In this document: positions 1-15,118 of the stretch, in pieces
Layout: each line of letters begins with the position of its first letter
How positions within the stretch are numbered: position 1 is the first letter of the stretch
From: Antedon mediterranea
Taxonomy: Eukaryota; Animalia; Echinodermata
Length of the DNA: 64,000 nt
Direction of reading: 5' to 3'
Assembly: GCF_964355755.1 (NCBI RefSeq)
Contig: NC_092670.1
Location: 34,708,388-34,772,387, forward strand
Translations under genes and position numbers: made by a program
The notes under the pieces: model-generated
The model's database searches: none
The model's input: only the letters and a program-made list of their open reading frames with translations
Told to the model about the DNA's origin: nothing

Positions 1-1265
1 TTTTCATTTTAATTGAATTTTGAAGTAAAACTGTCAAATTTGACAACAAAAAAACACCAATGAAATGAAATACCTAAAACCTTGATCACACTGAGTAACC
101 ATGCTATTTAAAGTCCAATGTCGTTGGACGAATAATCCAAGTATGGACATTGGTTAATACTTTAAAGTAAGGTTCCCATGGTTAAAGTTAAAACCCAGTG
201 TGAACAAAGATGGTATTTTATGTTTTATATTTGGCAGCATTTTGTTGTCAATCTACATTGCATTTTGTCCCCTGTGGAGAAGTTCCAATGACATGAGATT
301 TAATAAAATTTTTTTTATTACATTTACATTTTTATATATTATTTTTGGCTACAGTAGGATGGGCCTGTTAAACCTGACAGTGGGCTATTTAGTAAGACAT
401 CTTTGAAAAAAAATTTTTTTTTTAAATTTTGTTGATGTGAAATTTGTTAGACCAGTTGATTTTTGAATTAGTTCAAAATGAACTTGAAAATTGGTCATTC
501 AATTTGATCTTGGAAAAGTATATACATGCGGTAATCCTAGAGTGTGTATTTCAAATTATTTGATGACTCAGTGTTTAAGCTTAATAAACCTAGTATGGGT
601 TCATGTGGATATGCTTGAAGCCTTTGTAACGGGGAGGAATATATTGTGTCAAATCATTTTCAGGCGGTTACCCCATACTAAGCCAACTGGTAGACAGATT
701 AGAAATGCACAACATAAACACAAACTAGTTTGAATTCTGGATTAAAATTGTTGTTAGTCATTCTTAAGTAATATCTAGGATAGGAAAAATATTATTATGA
801 ATATTAGTCATTCCCTGGAAATGCTGTATGCCAAATATTTATAAAATATTATATTTCTATAATATAGTACCACCGCTATTTAAAATTTTTTTTTGTTATT
901 TACTTTTTCTTTCCTTTTTTCTGTTGAACCTGTTTTCTCCTTTTCCCCTACCCGTTTAAAATTTCATTATCGCTACTAATAATTGTTTTGTCATTTAAAT
1001 AATTGTGTATTAATACTTTAATTTTTATTCATTTTAATTTGTTCACATTAGTATTCAATTCCATTCCATAAAAGAAAAAAAAATTGATCCATAAATAAAT
1101 CGCTCTGTTTGGAGGCATGAGAGCGGTACTTGCATTAATTTGTGCAATAATCACTTATTCTGCCTAATCGTTTGGTGTGCGTATGTAATGTGTGCATACG
1201 TCAGGGTAAATTAAATATTGTAATTAGTAAATTATGTAATAATCTTGCTATTTTTCTATTCACAG

Positions 1266-4200
1266 CCCCAAGACAAGAAACATCAGTTATGCCAGAACTA
1301 TCCAAGGACAAGAAGAAAAGCTTTTTTGGAAAGCTGAAAAAGAAAAAGGTATTGTATTTAAGTAATATTTAAAGCTCTGTCTACACTATCACATTTTATT
1401 AACAAAAAAATGTGATGTGCTAATATGGGCATTATGATTTCATATCACAATCATATTTGAGCACATCACACTTTTTTTGTCAAACTAGTTTGATAGTGTG
1501 GACAGAGCTTTAGTTCAAGTAAATATATACATATAAGTGGGCTAAGCATTGAACATTGGTGGTACACGTGGTATTGGTTATGTCATATTAAATGTAATTT
1601 TATATTGATTTGAACTTTTGACCTATCATAGTATTATTACTGTACTACTAAATATGTATTTAAGATATCAGATGTTAATATACTGTAATTAAATATTCTT
1701 TCAGACTGGTTTTGATCTTGAGCACACCCCATCCGCGCATGTTCAAAATGCTGGACCAGTAAGTCCAACATCACCTACACGACAACGACAAAATGCTGGA
1801 GCAGTGAGTCCAACATCACCTACCCGACAACGACCGACCACTGTATATAGTGATCGAGCACCAGTGGCAAAGGCCAATGCTGAACTCACACGAACCCAGA
1901 CAACGAAAAAACGGGCTGCTCCAAAACCACCAGATAATGTGGCTGGTGGCTTAGCAAAGTCAGCAGCAACCAGGAAAAAGAAGGCTCCACCTCCTCCAAG
2001 ACCTGATGCAGGTTCTACGTCGCCTAAAGTAGAATCTCCCAGAGAAGCTGCAGAGGATTCGACATTGGGAGCTCTTGCAGAAGCCACACCAAAACCTGCT
2101 GATGAAGCAACAACAGAACCCTCTGTAGAAGCCACAACAGAACCTTCTGTAGAAGCTACACCAGAACCTGCTGCAGAAGCTGCAATTGAACCTCCTGCAG
2201 CTGCAGGAGAAGTGAGTTCACCTAATACTTCAATGGATTCTTCCATTGAGGTTGAAGTTCGTGCTAGGCCTAAGGATGAAGAGGAAGAAAATATAAAGAA
2301 GTTGAATCGTAGAAGCTCTCAACGCCCTCTATCTCCACCACCTCCACCTCCAGGACGAGATGGTAAATATCATTTACTATTCATTTAAATAGTAATTATG
2401 CTGTGGATGTTTGGTTGCGTTGTTTGTCATTTGATTGTAATTTGATTTTCTCATTAATTCCTTACATCTCAGTAATACTTTCTTTTGTGAATCTATGTGG
2501 TATTTTCACCCGATTCCCAGTACTGTATTTCCACATGCTATCTATTTCCGAAGTATCCTAGGAGTAGTTGGTAATACAGCATCTCATTTATATCACATGT
2601 GATTCCTGTATCATGTAAGGTTAGGTTGAGGGTTAGGTTACTACAAGATACATGTGATGTTTTATTACGAAATTTTTCTATGATACTTAGGAAATAGATA
2701 CAGTACCGAGAATTGGCTGGTATTTTATAGTTTATTTGGTATTTTATAGAAAAAAAAGAACCAAAATTTAAACACTTTCTTGCATGTTTGTTAATGGAAT
2801 TCCAATATGTTCTGGATTGCATGATATGTTACATGGTTCTACTGTATAGCATGTTACTTAAATAAATAAATAAATATGGCACCCCACTCTTTGCCCTCTG
2901 GCATTACTGTACAATTTTGCCATGGCATTCTGCCAAAAATGATCTGGGTTTTGCTCTGGATCTAATGAATATGCATGTTTTAATTAATATGCATGATTTA
3001 ATGAATATGCATGTTTTTAACCATCTATCCTTTTCCCCATGGGACTGACTTACTAAATCAATTTTTAGGAATATAACCTTTTTATGTTAATCATACATGA
3101 GTTTTTGTGTTGCACACTATACACAGTTCCTTAGTTCATTTGTGTCATCAGCACCCAGCCATTTAACAAAATAACAATTCACATCTATGTTTTTCGGCCA
3201 TTGTTTCACAATTACAGCATCTAAAATTTTAAGAAAGTGCTGTGACCCGACATTCACACATGAGTTGGATAAACAATTGCCCGTAAAATAAAAACAAATA
3301 ATTATTCTTTCTATCTTGAATCATGGCCCTGTAATTAGAAACTTGTTTTTCTAAATCATATTAATTCATCTTGTACATCAATTCATGTTCACTTTCACAT
3401 AAATGCACATCTTGTAAAAGCATGTTTTGTTTAGTTGTATCAATCACGTTTCAGGTACACTACACTTTAACATACCGGCCCCTTATTGCTCTGAGACAAA
3501 GGCAGACCGGCCTACATTTACACCTCCCCCTCCCCCTGATGAGCCCCCTCCAGAAGAAGATGATGGTAAGTCATTGGTTGAAGACAGGCTAACAAACTTG
3601 GTGATGGTCCATTAAATTACGTAATGAAATGTGACGTTGGAAAGTAACTTACAGTATATAACCATTGCATGGCTTGCTTTGGGTTTCTTTGCACATTAAA
3701 TATTGCTTGTATTTTTCATATTTCATTTGGTTCTGAATATTACTGTATTACTAAGTTTATCTTTATTAAAACAATAATTATTTAATTATTTTCTTTTATT
3801 TATAAAAATAATAATTTAATTTATTAAACATTTTTTTTTTATGTATCAAATTTAAGTATTTTATTGTACTACCTGTCAAACACTTCAATTTATTTATTCT
3901 TTTTAATCAAGACTCCCTAAGTGGTTGCAAAAAACGCATTAACTAGGTAGAGGGATTTTGACTTGCCAATTATACGCATAGGAACACTAAAAGCTAAATG
4001 TTCTTACAGGTAGTGGTCTATACTTGGAGGGAAACTTTTAAGGGGGATCTTATCTCCTGCTAAACAAAACAGTGTTTAAAAGTGCCTCTTTCGTTCTAAG
4101 GCTATCCTTCGATTGACGTACATTTTATCTTTAAAAAATAGTATATCTTAACTTAATTTTTGCTTTGAAAGGCAATCTTATAACACTTGAATTGCACGTG

Positions 4201-7200
4201 ATGAGTGGTAGAGTGATTAAGACAGGGGAACTGTGATTACGTAGTCATAACATCGGCAGCGGTTCTAACCTCACTCGCTCCATGGTTCTGGTGGTAGAGC
4301 GAGTCTTTTTGGATAGGACTATAAACCAGAGATCCAGTTTATACATCTAGCTCATGTGCACGTTAAAGAATCTAGTACATCTTTCAAGACGTGTAGGGGG
4401 TTACCACGGTGTACTACTACACACAGCCACTGTCCCATAGCCACTGATCATAACTGGTCCCTCTGGGAGACCAGTCTTTCGCTGAAGGGGACACCTAGTA
4501 TAAAGAAATAATAATTAAAAGAGTACGTCTTTTTTATTTGTTATTATATTAGATCAAAGTGTATGCTCATCACAAAACTCTGATGCAGAAGCAGAAGAAC
4601 CAGAAGTAGACCAAGGTATTTCCTTTTTAATTTTTTTAAATTTTATATTAAAATAATATTTTGACAAACCATATCTTTAGTTATGAACACAATTTCATTT
4701 GTTTTTAAAGTAATTCTGGGTAATGTTCATGAATTATAAACTATTTTTACCACTGGTTTATATAATTCAACTCTCTTGATAATGGTGGGAGTCTCCCGAT
4801 ATTTCGGGTCATCTCCCGCTCTCTCGCTAAAATATAATTTCTCCCGATATTTTGGATAATCATAAAGATATATCCCAATAATACTGATAGATGGCCTTTT
4901 CAAGATGAAGTACAACTGTTGGAGCTACCCTTGTAAAACAAAGTTAAATAAATAAATAGTCTTCCAATCTTTGTGCTATTTCCTGCATTTTCCGCCTTTG
5001 GTACGCCATGAAATACCCATGTTTACTATTGTATAGATGCCAATATATTATTATATTATTTTTTTAATATCACCCTATAGTTTGAAGTAATTTTCAAAAT
5101 ATTATAGCGGCCTTTATAGGTTGGACATGCTTTAAAAATTCCTTCTGATTTTTCCAAGTTGAGAGGTCTGCCTAGCATTTTTCTTAATATTGAAATATAA
5201 GAACCAAAAAGTATAATAGTGTAGCTGTATCCATTTGAAAGTATGCTAGTTTGAAATGTTTAACAGTGGCTTCTATAATAATAATACGGTAATTAGTATT
5301 ACTAGTTACTAATGAATAAACCAGAAGTGAGAATAGACGAAAGTTAAGACCTAATTGATTCTGCACTCACTTCATATTATACTAAAATAAACATAGATAT
5401 TGTAACCAACTGTACAATCAAACAATATAATATAAAATGTAAAAAAAAATAAATACTGTACACCAGGCACGGATTAAGCCGGGGGCTAATCAGGCTTTAG
5501 CCCCACCGGCAATTTAACAGCCATGTCTTTAATGACTATTTTTCTGCAATCCCACGGATCATTTTTATCATTTATAAAATAGTTAGCCTCCACTAATCTA
5601 TAATGCTGGATCCGCCCCTGTATACATATTGTGAAGTAATAGTGTTTTATTTTCATAAAACATCTGTTTCATCACTTATAGTTGTATGTCACCTTAAGCA
5701 TTTCTGAGAATCCCATGTAGAGGAATCTGTCATTCATAATTTTATAGTAGCCTATTATTAGGCATTTGTGAAAGAGGAGTGGTGATGTATTATGTTGAAG
5801 AACACTTGATAATACTTCAAATGTCAATTGGCATTACTTATTTATCTCTTTAAATTGTTAATTCATAGTTTTTGTTGAAGAACGCTCAGAAAGACATATT
5901 CAGTGTACGTGCAACCAAGAGACGGGCGAACACGAGTGTGTCCTACACAGACAACAAATACTAGCGGGTGCTTTTGGACCCATCCGAAATAAAGAACCAG
6001 GTGACGTAGACAAGTCGTGTATTCCCATCGACCAATCAGATCTTTGTGTTCCAACCAATAGTGTACTAACTCGGGAACTTTCAGTAGGCTCTTCCAGTAA
6101 TAACACGGTGACGGTTTCCCCCTCTGCTACTAACGATTTATCATTAAACTCTGACACATCAAGTAAAGATAGTAAGATAATTGATTTGAGGGATTTATTC
6201 TATAGGAAAATAATGCAAACTTTGTATATGCACTGTCATATTGCACTCTTAGTGGTAGTAGTTCAGTAGTTGTATGCTATCTGTTGTATACACATAAATT
6301 CTCCGCTTTCTGCATCTGACCATTTTATAGACTTTTTCAAAGTAAATATTTATTTTTTTAATTCAATTTTCACTCAAACCCCCTTCATAATGCACATTTT
6401 CGTCTTGGAAAACATTTGCAAAAGAACATATCACAAAGAGGTGAAAATAAAAAGCACTTATTGGGTTTGACCTTACTAAAATTCTCTTAAGAAGGAACAT
6501 TCTTTTCAAATTGACCTTCAAATTTTTCAAAATTAACCATGGTAACTTCTTTTTAAAAAGTGAATTTGATTGACCCATTCAAAAAGTCTATTTAATATCC
6601 TGTCTGTAGTATAGAATTGCTCTCTTGTATTTGTCTATAAAATCTCCTAAACACAAAAAGTTCCATTCACAGGTACGCATTCCCCGAGCTCAACCAGTGC
6701 ATCTTCTTCCAGTGGCAGAAATTCCTACAAACCACCCAGGCCACCAAAACCTTTCCAATTATGGCCCCAGACACCTCCTAAAGTGCCGCCTAAAGGTGCT
6801 AGTAAAAAACCAGTTCCCATCCCTAGAGTCTCCATTCAACATTCGCAACAGGTTGAGCGGTTTACCGCTAACGGTCAACCAGTGGCTATGGTCACTCCAA
6901 CCACATCCCCGGCCAAACCAATTGCTGCCCCAAGGCCTTGCGCAGTAGGCTATAACGTTAATGTAGTAGGCTCAGCTAACATTGTGGAAATGGATGAGGG
7001 CACACTAACACAACAGGATCCTAACTTGCCTAATTCAGATTCTCTTCACAAAATCACTGAGCCAGGTTTGCTTTTTTGTATATTACACGCATCTACCATT
7101 TTTTAAACATCTTGGGATATGTCAATTCACCTTAATAATATTAGGCTTAAGTTCTGTCCACACCATCAAACAAGTTTGACAAAAAAAGTGTGATGTGCCC

Positions 7201-10200
7201 AACTGTAGTAGTGATATGCTTAAATATGGTAGTGTTATGACCTCATCATGTCGCATGGGCACATCATATTTTTTTGTCACATAAAGTTTGATAGTGTAGA
7301 CAGAGCTTTAGGTTTACCTAATGCTTAAATGCATGATGAATTTATGAACATATGCTATTGCATGATGCATGTGTTATTTTATAGGTATATGACCTAGGGT
7401 CTGTTCAGACTTAGTTAACTTACTTGCACTATGAGTAGGCTTCATGGGCCAATAATCGTTGAGATATAATTGTTAATAAAAAACTCTTTAAAGCTTGGTT
7501 CCCACTAGGATATAACGCAACACAAATAAATATAAACAAAATCATTTGACCAATCACAAGCGATCGATTATTCGAACAATCGCGTGTAGTTGGTAAATTC
7601 ACTTGCATTGTATCTATGTCCTTGTGCTGTGTACAAGTGGGAACCAAGCCTAATCACATATAACCTGTGCTAAATTTAAAAAAATGATTCATTAATATTA
7701 TCTATAAAAATGCTTAATTAAGCTACATTGACACTTCGTTTCATAGAACGGAATTGGTGCCATTCAGTTTCTTTATGATCTCCATTATTTAACAAAATGG
7801 TGCTGTCTTTTGTGTGAGATGTAGACTAAGTCATTGTATTCAAAAGGTTTTTTTTCTGCTGTTAGCAGTTTTTATATTCATATGGAACTTTTTTATTTTT
7901 TTTATTTCATGATCATCTTCTCCGTTCCTTGTTTAGTAAGCATGTGCACATATAATTCACACACTGTACAAATAATCATTTGAATGTTTTGTTCTACAAT
8001 TTTGAGTAACTTTAAAGGTTAACTTGCTACCTCTATATAGATGTCTTAATTTGCTAAAGCGTGGTTTCCACTAGCGGTGCAACATAACGCAATCTACGCA
8101 ACGTAAGAAAATGCCCTTCTAATAATTGTGTTTGGCCTGCCTACCTGAAATCAAACCTGCGATGTTTGCAGCACTGTTTCCTAATTATGCAATACACCAC
8201 TTTCTGTCAATACGTCACTGCGTTGTATTGCTAGTGGGAAACACGCTTAAGAACTTGCGTCGATTAAATTCATTGTGCGCATACAGGGACATTTAATTGG
8301 AAAGTGCCTAGATCTTCATGCATCAAACTTGTGTTAAACATTTCTTGTTATTTATATTGATCTCCTCTTTTCTTTTAGTATTTACAAATTATTCTTTTCT
8401 TTTTTTTGCTTTATAGATTGTATATTTCAAATTGTAAATGATCATATTCTTGATATTTTTTTGCATTTTATTTAATTTATATTATTTATATTGCATTTGA
8501 CTTGTTATTTATATTTTATTTACTGCATTTCTATTAACTCGATGGAAATGTTGAAATGGATGAAACAAAACCTAAAGCAATCGATTAAACAATTTTTTTT
8601 TAAATTTTTTTCTTTCCCAATTTATTATTTCTATAAGAATTAAATTAAAATTGATGAATTTATTGATTTAAGATTATTAATTTTAGATTGTTCATTGAAA
8701 TTGTGATTACACCAGTGACAGATCTAGGATTATTTAAACATAGTATTAGTATTCTGTAAAAAATTGGTTTAAAAAGTTGTTCATAATTCTAAGTGGGGAG
8801 TGTATGCCCTAAGAGCAGCCTCCAGATCCCCTGTACTACAGTTAATTGATTGAGGGCAATATCTTCCATTTCAATTTTCCGACTTTTACATTTTGAGGTA
8901 CTGTATATATTTTGTACTAATATATTTTCTTACTGTATAGTGCAAAAAGAGGAGGATGACGAAAAAGAACAGTCAAATGCAGTGACCTCTGACCCATCTG
9001 ATGACCTCGCAATAGAGAGTACAGAACATAGGGAAGATGAGGTTGATGGAAAGACTTTGAACATGGATCAAGAAAGGGAACTTGAAATTGCTGTTGTAGA
9101 TGCATTAATGAAGTCTGTTGAAGAAGAGAAAAATGAAGATGAAAGTGAAGATAAAATTAAGAAAAAAGCAGAGGATGATATTAAAGAAGTTAATGGCAAT
9201 GATAACATTTTTGAGAAAAATAATGACATGTACATTGAAACTGGTCCGATTTCAGAGAGTAAAATTGATACAATCTCTGAGGAGAAAATGGAGGTTACTA
9301 AATCTGAGAAAGAAGGAGAAGATGTAGAAAGTAGTAATAAACCTCAGCAAATGAAAGAAGAAAGCGAACAATCAAAGGTCACAGCTGGTGATGATGTGAC
9401 AAAAGCCACAAATGGTGAGGTCAGTAATGAAATTCCTATTAAACAATCAGCAGCAACTGAGGTTGAAGTGAAAGATCTTAAAGATAAATACGAGTTGCTT
9501 CAGCAACAGTTTGCAACTCTCCAGCAACAAATGATAAATAGTCAACAAAACTTGCTGGAACAACAGAAGGCACAGTCTGGTGCCCCGATGATGTCTGCAC
9601 AAGAACTATTGGCGCTACAAGCACAACAGATGCAACAGCTTATACAGCAACAAATGTTGCTACAATCTCAAGGCATGATGAATGTGCAGCAGCCACCAGT
9701 TGCTAATCAGGACACCCGTACAGTAACTCCAGTTGCGACAGAAACAACTGCGAAAAAAGAACCGACAAAAACAAGCACACCTCAAGATTTGCACCTTCCT
9801 AAGAAATCTCCACCTCATTCAGAAATTCCAAATAAAGTACAATCTCCAGAAACTGATAAAGATTTAGCTTCCGCTTTCCGATCTTTAAAACCGAAAACAA
9901 AACCAAAGAAACATTCGTATATTTTCTCTGCGGCAATGAGACCTCGTGCAGAGAGTGACGCAGCCAAGTCGTCAAACGCGGTAGGGCACGAAACAAAAAG
10001 ACGGTCGGACTCGAATCCAGATCATCAATCTGAAAAGACAACAGAGATCATAAAACCTTTACAGACAAAAGCTGAAGTGGACAATAAATCTGATAAGTTT
10101 AGTCTTAAAGAAGCAATTGTGCACCCAAACGTTGTCATTGTAGAGAAAACGCCACCAGAACCTACAAAAAACGAGAATGGAGTTTTATCTGGGAGATCAA

Positions 10201-11076
10201 CTAGCATACCCCAGGCTACTGTGGCCCCACAACCTGCATCAAAACCAGTGGCTGGCCGGAGCGGAACCATCATTGCTTATCGAAATCCAAGAAATGAGGA
10301 GCTACAGGACATTCAGACAAGTGGAAGTGTGTCAAAGTTCAGACAGGTCAGCTTAAAATAAATACTAATTCTGTAGGCTGCTTCCAAAGTACTTTTCTAA
10401 ATATGGGATACACTTAGGCCAGTTTAACATATTTAAAAGGTATCAAATTTTAATCTGGACTGGCTTAAATTCAGGTTTCCAAAAAGTTTAGTTTTTGTTA
10501 GAATTTTTTGTACTATGTTGCATTTATATGAATATCGGTTTATTTTATGTATGTGATGGCACAAAAGCAGTGTATGGTAGAGGTACGCAGAACGGTATAA
10601 TATTTGGTGGCAGCAATATATATTGGATAATTTATTAATATTTTGGAAAATTAATTTGATAATTATAATAATGTGCATTTTAGATGTAGCTTTTTGTATA
10701 ATACTTTTTTACCAAAAAATGTATATTTCCTGGCTGAAAATGTACACCTTTCTCCTTACACTTCCACCCCTCAAATATGGCATCCCTGCTAAAGCATACT
10801 CTTGTTCTGCTATCCTATTAGCTTCATATCACATAATTTTAGGCTTTGTTATATACTGTATAAAATTGTGATATATATGATGAATTATGATGATGATTAT
10901 TATAACTATAAAAGATAGCTGTAAATTCATAATTCTTGAGATTATGTTTATAAAATAATAAATACTTTAAAACCACAAGTTATATTAAGTAGTTAAGTCT
11001 CTGAACTTTTGTTAGTAATTCTTTAACAACACAAAAATATTTCTTATTCCAGATGTTTGCCGGTAACAGTACGTAA
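1266..11076 (+). CDS. 3' part of a spliced gene for a Pro/Glu/Gln-rich, largely disordered scaffold protein, possibly cordon-bleu (COBL/COBLL1)-like; 5' exons lie upstream of the window
   Basis: GT-AG exons join in frame: 1266-1348, 1705-2362, 3455-3565 (or 3506-3565), 4553-4615, 5869-6171, 6673-7065, 8941-10346, 11053-11076 (MFAGNST*). Motifs KKSFFGKLKKKK, KKRAAPKPP and RKKKAPPPP resemble Cobl KrRAPpPP motifs; Q-rich coiled coil at about 9470-9670. The gene structure is well supported, the family assignment is weak. Confidence 0.75.
1372..1510. mobile_element. Short palindromic MITE; family also at 7149-7308, 23336-23448, 31963-32093, partial at about 19785-19910
   Basis: TIR AAGCTCTGTCTACACTATCA ... 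TGATAGTGTRGACAGAGCTT with internal GTGATGTGCCC / GGGCACATCAC. Confidence 0.8.
4198..4520 (+). mobile_element. tRNA-derived SINE with a Deu/Nin-like central domain
   Basis: A/B-box-like head, core GGATAGGACTATAAACC...CACGTTAAAGAA...TAGGGGGTTACC and A-rich tail; homologous to the copies at 17940-18170 and 53885-54197. Confidence 0.8.
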
Positions 11077-14000
11077 AAGTATGCAAATTAGAGGCTATGG
11101 AACTATGGGATGCCTGGTGCATTTGATTTCAATCCAAGGAATAGCATTGAATGTATTGAAAGACACAAATGAGCACATGCTATTACTTGCACACCAGTTA
11201 ATTTAACATACATAACACATAAGCCAAGATGGCTTGTATAGGCGAACTCTCCACAATCGTAACCAATATGAAAAAAGGGGTGGAGGGCTTGAGGCATCAT
11301 AAGGAGGGGTTGTTGGATCTGAACGATGTATTGAAATGTCACTTTTTATTTTGGTATTATAAAAAAAATGACCATATTTCAGTTTTTCCGTTCTGATTAA
11401 AATGAATGTACAGTTATAAATAAAAAACAATATAGAATAAAACTTGAAGACAAAGCAATATTAACTAAATTAACATTTTTTATTTTATAATTACTTCAAG
11501 TTCTTTATACATATTTATAATTTTGTTTGATTTGAAATCATGATAAAGTAGTATTTCTACTGAAGCCAGTTGAATGATTCATAGTAGACGATGGATTATC
11601 TGGACTGTCATTGGTCAAACTGTTTGCGTTTTGCTTACGTCCTTGTGTTAGGTCCTTGTGTTACGTCCTATGCCCTGTTTCCGCAGTCAAAAATTAACCA
11701 ATAAAAATCAACTGATGATTAACTGATGATAAACTGCCTGTGGAAACCAGGTTTAACCTATTCCACTCCAGAAAAATTACCTGATAATTATCCCATTTAA
11801 ATTATTATAATTATCGGATAAATGTGATAATTTTTAACCTTTGACCTGAAGGACAAATTGTGGCATTGTGATTGGGCATCTGGTTGTCTGGTAATGACTG
11901 ATCATGCACACTTTATATTTTTAATATTTACCTGATTGGTTAATAAATTTAAATAATTTTATTTGGCTTCGAAAACACACCCATAGTGAGAACCAAGCTG
12001 AAATAAGATGAAAAACATCTATTTATGTTAATGTTCAGATGTCTTGTGATTATAGAAACATTGAGGATTTTAATATTTCATTCAACCCATAAATCGTGGG
12101 ATTGAGACCAACTATTTCTGGTTAAATCCATTGGCTGAAATACCTGGTTCAGTTCATATATTATTTACAATTAATATTTAATTACAGGGATTCTATTTGG
12201 ATATGTTAATCATATAAGTCATACCATATATATTTTATTTTCATAATGTTGGAACAATTTTGTAAGCAGAGTTTGTAAATAATTTAAAAGTGATAATTAA
12301 GAAATAAGAAGTAGTCTTATATTTCGATTGTGATACTCCTTAATATATGTAAATCATGAAGTGAAATAACAACATAGGAAATTTTTTTTATTGAATCTTG
12401 GAAGGATTTAACATTCACAGGCACAGATGTAAAAAATTATTTTCAATATGAATGTATTAGAGTTTTTTCTGTTTTTTTTTCTGGATTAAAAAAAAAAAAG
12501 TTTGATGTGCAGTGTACACAGGATGACCGTACACCCAGCACACACACCCCTTATACCACTATTATGTATCTTTTTAAGCCCTGTGCAATACCCTACTTTA
12601 CATGTATATATTGCAAGAGGCACCTAACATTGTTATCAAGTTAGATACATGCCATTACCAAAGTTTGGACAACTTTAACCACACAATCTCCGACAAAAAA
12701 TGTAATAATTTATCTGAAATAATAACATATTTCTGAATGTGCCTTGTCTAATGATACACCTTGTGTACCAAAAATAATGGTTTATGTGGGTCTCTCAAAT
12801 AATTGCACCATTTTAACAGCAAGTGTCCAAACAAAGGCCTTGTCTACAGATATACCTTGATACCAAGAGCAACCTTTAAAATGTTTAAATGTATGTTTCA
12901 TAATAATTACATCATTTGAACAGTGTTTCAAAAAGTGCCTTAACTCTACAGATATACCTTGGTACAAACAAAATGTTTTTTTTTTATAGTGTATTGTTAA
13001 TATAAAGTTTGGTATCAACATATTGATTTCGCCATGCATATCTTCAAACAATATTGTATTGTAGTAAATACACACTGCGGAATTGATCGAACACATGACA
13101 GAATGTTCCATTGTGCCATCATCATTTGATCATTTTAGCAAAGGTGGAAGTATATTTAATGGTATAACCCAGTCAAAACAATTCCTTTAATTTAATAAAA
13201 AATGAAGAGTGGCCCATATCAAACAATCTTTTAAGGAGAAAAAAAATGGTCCTAACTTAATGTATCTAGAGATTTATATATATATATTATGTTAATATTT
13301 GATAAAGACTGTATATAATTTTAAGATTATACTATCAACAAGAAAATCGGGATGTATAAATAGTTTGGTGGATTAAACAAAATATTTATTTTTTCAGTTT
13401 CGAACTATATTAAAAGCGACCAATAATGATGGGTAATGTACTTATTAACGTTTTTTTTTCGTTATTATGTAAATGATTATTATTAGATAATGGTTTTTAA
13501 TTTGAAAGCATATGTTTCAATAATTATAAAATATTCATTTTTAGTTTAAAATATTATTTTATTCTTGTGGACAAATGAAAAAATATTATTTTATATTTCT
13601 GGGCTACTATTAATAAATTATATTATTCATTAGTTTTTTTGTATTCTTTATAAATCATGTAACATATATGATATAATTATGATACTATAATATAAAAGGT
13701 GGTTTGAATTAGAAGTTTACGGAATATTCAATTGGTCTTGCATGGATTTGAACCCAAGACCTTGAACTTGGAGGATGGCATCTTGTGTTTATGGTCTTAT
13801 GGAATACTACAATCATGTACATTTTTTCATGAGCTTTAAATTATCTTTGTAACCTTGAAATTCGAATATCTATCATATGACAAATTTCATAACTGAAATT
13901 TATTTTATAACCGATAAGTAATAATATCTGTAACTACTATTTTCTTATATTGATTCATATATATGAAATATTATTATAACATGTATATCACCTTGGTTTC

Positions 14001-15118
14001 TCTCCAGGAAGGTTCATAACATATTTTAGTTTATTAATACAAAAAGACAGTAAAATAAATGACTAAGACATATATATGTTTGCGTATTTATTATTAAAAT
14101 TGTGTGTTTACTTCTTTTCTATTGTTGAACACAGAACCTCTATTATGGGGACCCAAATATTGGTTAGCCTTTATTGCCATAGTGGCATCATATTTCCACT
14201 TGTTCCGTTTTTAAAGGCCAGGTGCGGGCAAAAAATTTCTATTGATCATGCATTCCAATAATTATTGATCTATAGTTTCCCCTATGTTTCATAATTTTTG
14301 GGATTTTATTTGTGTTACACAAGCTTGTTGAAAATAAGCACTTTCTTATCAGTGGGATAGTTCAAATTACACAGTAAAATCTCTATTCTTTTGTACACTA
14401 ATTTTTTTATTAGAGAGGCATTTTAAAAAGCTATGAAAAATAAACAGTGTGGTAAAAAATTTTATCAGATGACTAAATATAGGTAATATAACTTGAATTT
14501 TACATTTCTGGTATTTTTATTCAACTTCAGATTTTTATTTTCATGCTATAGCAAAAATTATCCACCGTATATCCACCATCTTTTTTCACCTTCTAGGGAG
14601 TCACCAGATATGTTATTACATTAGGTTAAACTACCTAACTACTGAAAAAAAGTCTTTCTGGTTTTTATGGCAGAATTTGGCAAAATTTGGTATTTGACCA
14701 TATTAAGCAAAATTCATGTTTTTTCATCTTGATTTCTGTTACAAATATTTGATTTATGTACAATTAATCAGATTTTATATTTAAAATTCATGCTTTAAGG
14801 TAAAATATTGTCTGGGCTGTCCCAGGAGGAGTTCTATTTTATTCATATTTCCTAACAATGTCAAATACTATATTTGTTGAATAGTCATATTATTCATACT
14901 GTATATTGCTTTAAATATTGTTCACGTTTCAATATTAATTATTTAATGAATATTTATATTATTTCCTTGTTCAGCAATTTTCATTCTTTGCCACATATCA
15001 TCTTTATTGATCTTCATGTTGCCTTTCCTCAAGAAATTTAAATATTGATTATTACATTTGAATATTCATATTTCATAATAAGGCGTGCTTACTATTGTTC
15101 ATATTTAAATATTAATTA

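Noticed and set aside
1743-2246. 167-aa minus-strand ORF (similarly 5900-6157, 21589-21954, 49208-49507, 55761-56060)
   Set aside because: Antisense shadows of real coding exons.
11077-14830. Short ORFs between the scaffold gene and NOM1
   Set aside because: No recognisable domains or consistent exon chain; likely 3'UTR/intergenic DNA with repeat fragments (e.g. 11670-11860 matches 43090-43275 inverted).
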